Source of the DNA: Malacoraja senta
Lineage: Eukaryota
Length of the DNA stretch: 64,000 nt
NCBI GenBank assembly: GCA_038087875.1
Contig: CM075996.1
Span: 1,738,001 to 1,802,000, forward strand
Reading direction: 5' to 3'
Made by a program: the position numbers and the translations under genes. Positions within the stretch are counted from its first letter, which is position 1; every line of letters begins with the position of its first letter. Positions 62,296-64,000 of this stretch are shown here, in pieces. A model generated the notes under the pieces. It searched no databases, was not told the origin of the DNA, and saw nothing but the letters and a program-made list of their open reading frames with translations.

Positions 62296-63282
62296 AAATT
62301 TGCTGGTGAAAAATCATGACAACAATTCTGTGTGTAATTGCAACCTGTCTTCTTTTGGCTGCTTTGTGATTCTAGGTAATTTCCAAGCTAATTTTAAAAT
62401 TAAGATTTGCTGTATTTGCTCCTGTTGCTATTTAATGGGAAGCATCTTCAGGCCTTGTATAAAATTAAGCATTGATGTCTTGTGCGTTCCATGTTTTAGC
62501 GATCGGGAATATCCTCCGACTCTTCAAGACATCATTTACACCCAATATCTTTCTGCCTGGAGGAGGTAGTTGATGCAGGTACAATGACAACATTGAACAA
62601 AACACTTGGACAGGCACAGAGATAGGAAAAGGTTACAGGGATGAGCGACAAACACAAGCAAATGACAATAGACAATAGGTGCAGGAGCAGGCCATTCGGA
62701 CTGGCTTGGACAGAGAATCTTGGTCAGTGTAGAGGTGTTGGGCCAAAGAGCCTGTTTCCGTACTGTACGACTCCAATTCTCCAATGTTGCCAATTCTTTC
62801 ATGGGAAGATGGCTATTTAATTGGGAATCAATTATTCTAGTTTATGGTTTATTGTCAGGTGTACCGAGGTACGATGAGAAGCCTTTGTTGAGTGCTAGCC
62901 AGCCAGCGGAAAGACAATACGTGATTACAATCGAGCCGTTCACAGGGTGCAGATACATGATATGGTGAATAACGATTATTGCAAGGTAAAGTCCAGTAAC
63001 GTCCGAACAATGATAGTCCAAGGGTCTCCAATCAGGTAGATCGTAACGTACACAAAAATGCTGGAGAAACTCAGCGGGTGCAGCAGCATCTATGGAGCGA
63101 AGGAAATAGGCAACGTTTCGGGCCGAAACCCTTCTTCAGACTAACTCTGGACGGCTAATAAGTTGTTGGTAGGATCTGTCGGAAAGAACTGCAGATGCTG
63201 GTTTAAATCGAAGGTAGGCTCGAAGGGCCGAAGGGCCTACTCCTGCATCTATTGTCTATTGTCTGTGTGGAAATGGCCATTA

Positions 63283-63662
63283 GGTCATAAGGAATAGGAG
63301 TAGATTCTAGGCCATTTGGCCCTTCAAGTCTACTCCGCCATTGAATCATGGCTGATCTATCTCTCCCTCCTAACCCCATTCTCCTGCCTTCTCCCCAAAA
63401 CCTCTGACACCCGTACTAATCAAGAATTTATCTATCTCTGCCTTAAAAATATCCACTGACGGCCTCCACAGCCTTCTGTGGCGAAGAATTCCGCAGATTC
63501 ACCACCCTCTGACTAAAGAAATTTCTCCTCATCTCCTTCCTAAAATAATTCCTTTAATTCTGAGGATATGACCTCTAGTCCTAGACTCTCCCACTAGTGG
63601 AAACATCCTCTCCACATCCACTCTATCCAGGCCTGTCACTATTCTGTATGTTTCTATGAGGT
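63283..63662 (-). mobile_element. CR1 3' fragment
   Basis: Reverse-strand ORF2 end and tail. Confidence 0.8.
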
Positions 63663-64000
63663 TCAATGATAAGGAGAATTAAAGTGTTTAGCAAACGGGA
63701 TATCAGTTACTGTTATCTAATATCTCCATTCTTGCTCACAGCTTCCACAGAATGTTACACATCATTTGCGACTCTGCTTACCAGTTTTTCCAATTAAAAC
63801 AAACTTGTCCGACTGTTCCCATGGATAACTGGGGCTAACCTCCGTCAATGTTTAACCGCAGGGGGTGGAAGAACTAACTTAATGTGCAGAGAGACACTGT
63901 AGATGTTGGAATGTTGAGCAGAACACAAAATGCTGGAGGAACCTAGTGGGTCAGGCAGCATCTGGCGAGGGTAATATGTAGGAAGGAACTGCAGATGCTG

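Overview
Eukaryotic, highly repeat-dense genomic DNA. The repeat content points to a cartilaginous fish, probably a skate or ray: HE1/V-SINE-type tRNA-SINEs, several CR1 subfamilies, L2, Rex1/Babar, L1, Penelope-like elements and DeuSINE relics. The only credible host-gene sequence is a probable first coding exon on the minus strand (1234-1297, MMEAFGIHKRLFTRERQEHGE, GTGAGT donor; gene not identified). It lies in a transposon-free, promoter-like block (~1190-2885). The other ~61 kb is upstream or intergenic: nested, mostly truncated mobile elements, satellites, a 200-N gap and several unique TAAT-rich islands that resemble conserved non-coding elements. The most notable signals are ribozyme-like. 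(1) A ~150-bp non-coding retroposon (39399-39548, minus) begins with a nearly complete minimal HDV-like ribozyme fold and ends in a (GAA)n tail shared with a nearby Vingi/Ingi-like LINE fragment. (2) Many Penelope-like termini carry a minimal hammerhead core (CUGAAGA-stem-GAAACGUC), often as head-to-head palindromes or followed by 66-bp arrays that repeat the ribozyme's 3' half. Also present: a MITE inserted at the exact centre of an older palindrome, and an inverted duplication of first-intron sequence 12 kb away. All folds and family assignments were made by eye, and most transposon boundaries are approximate.
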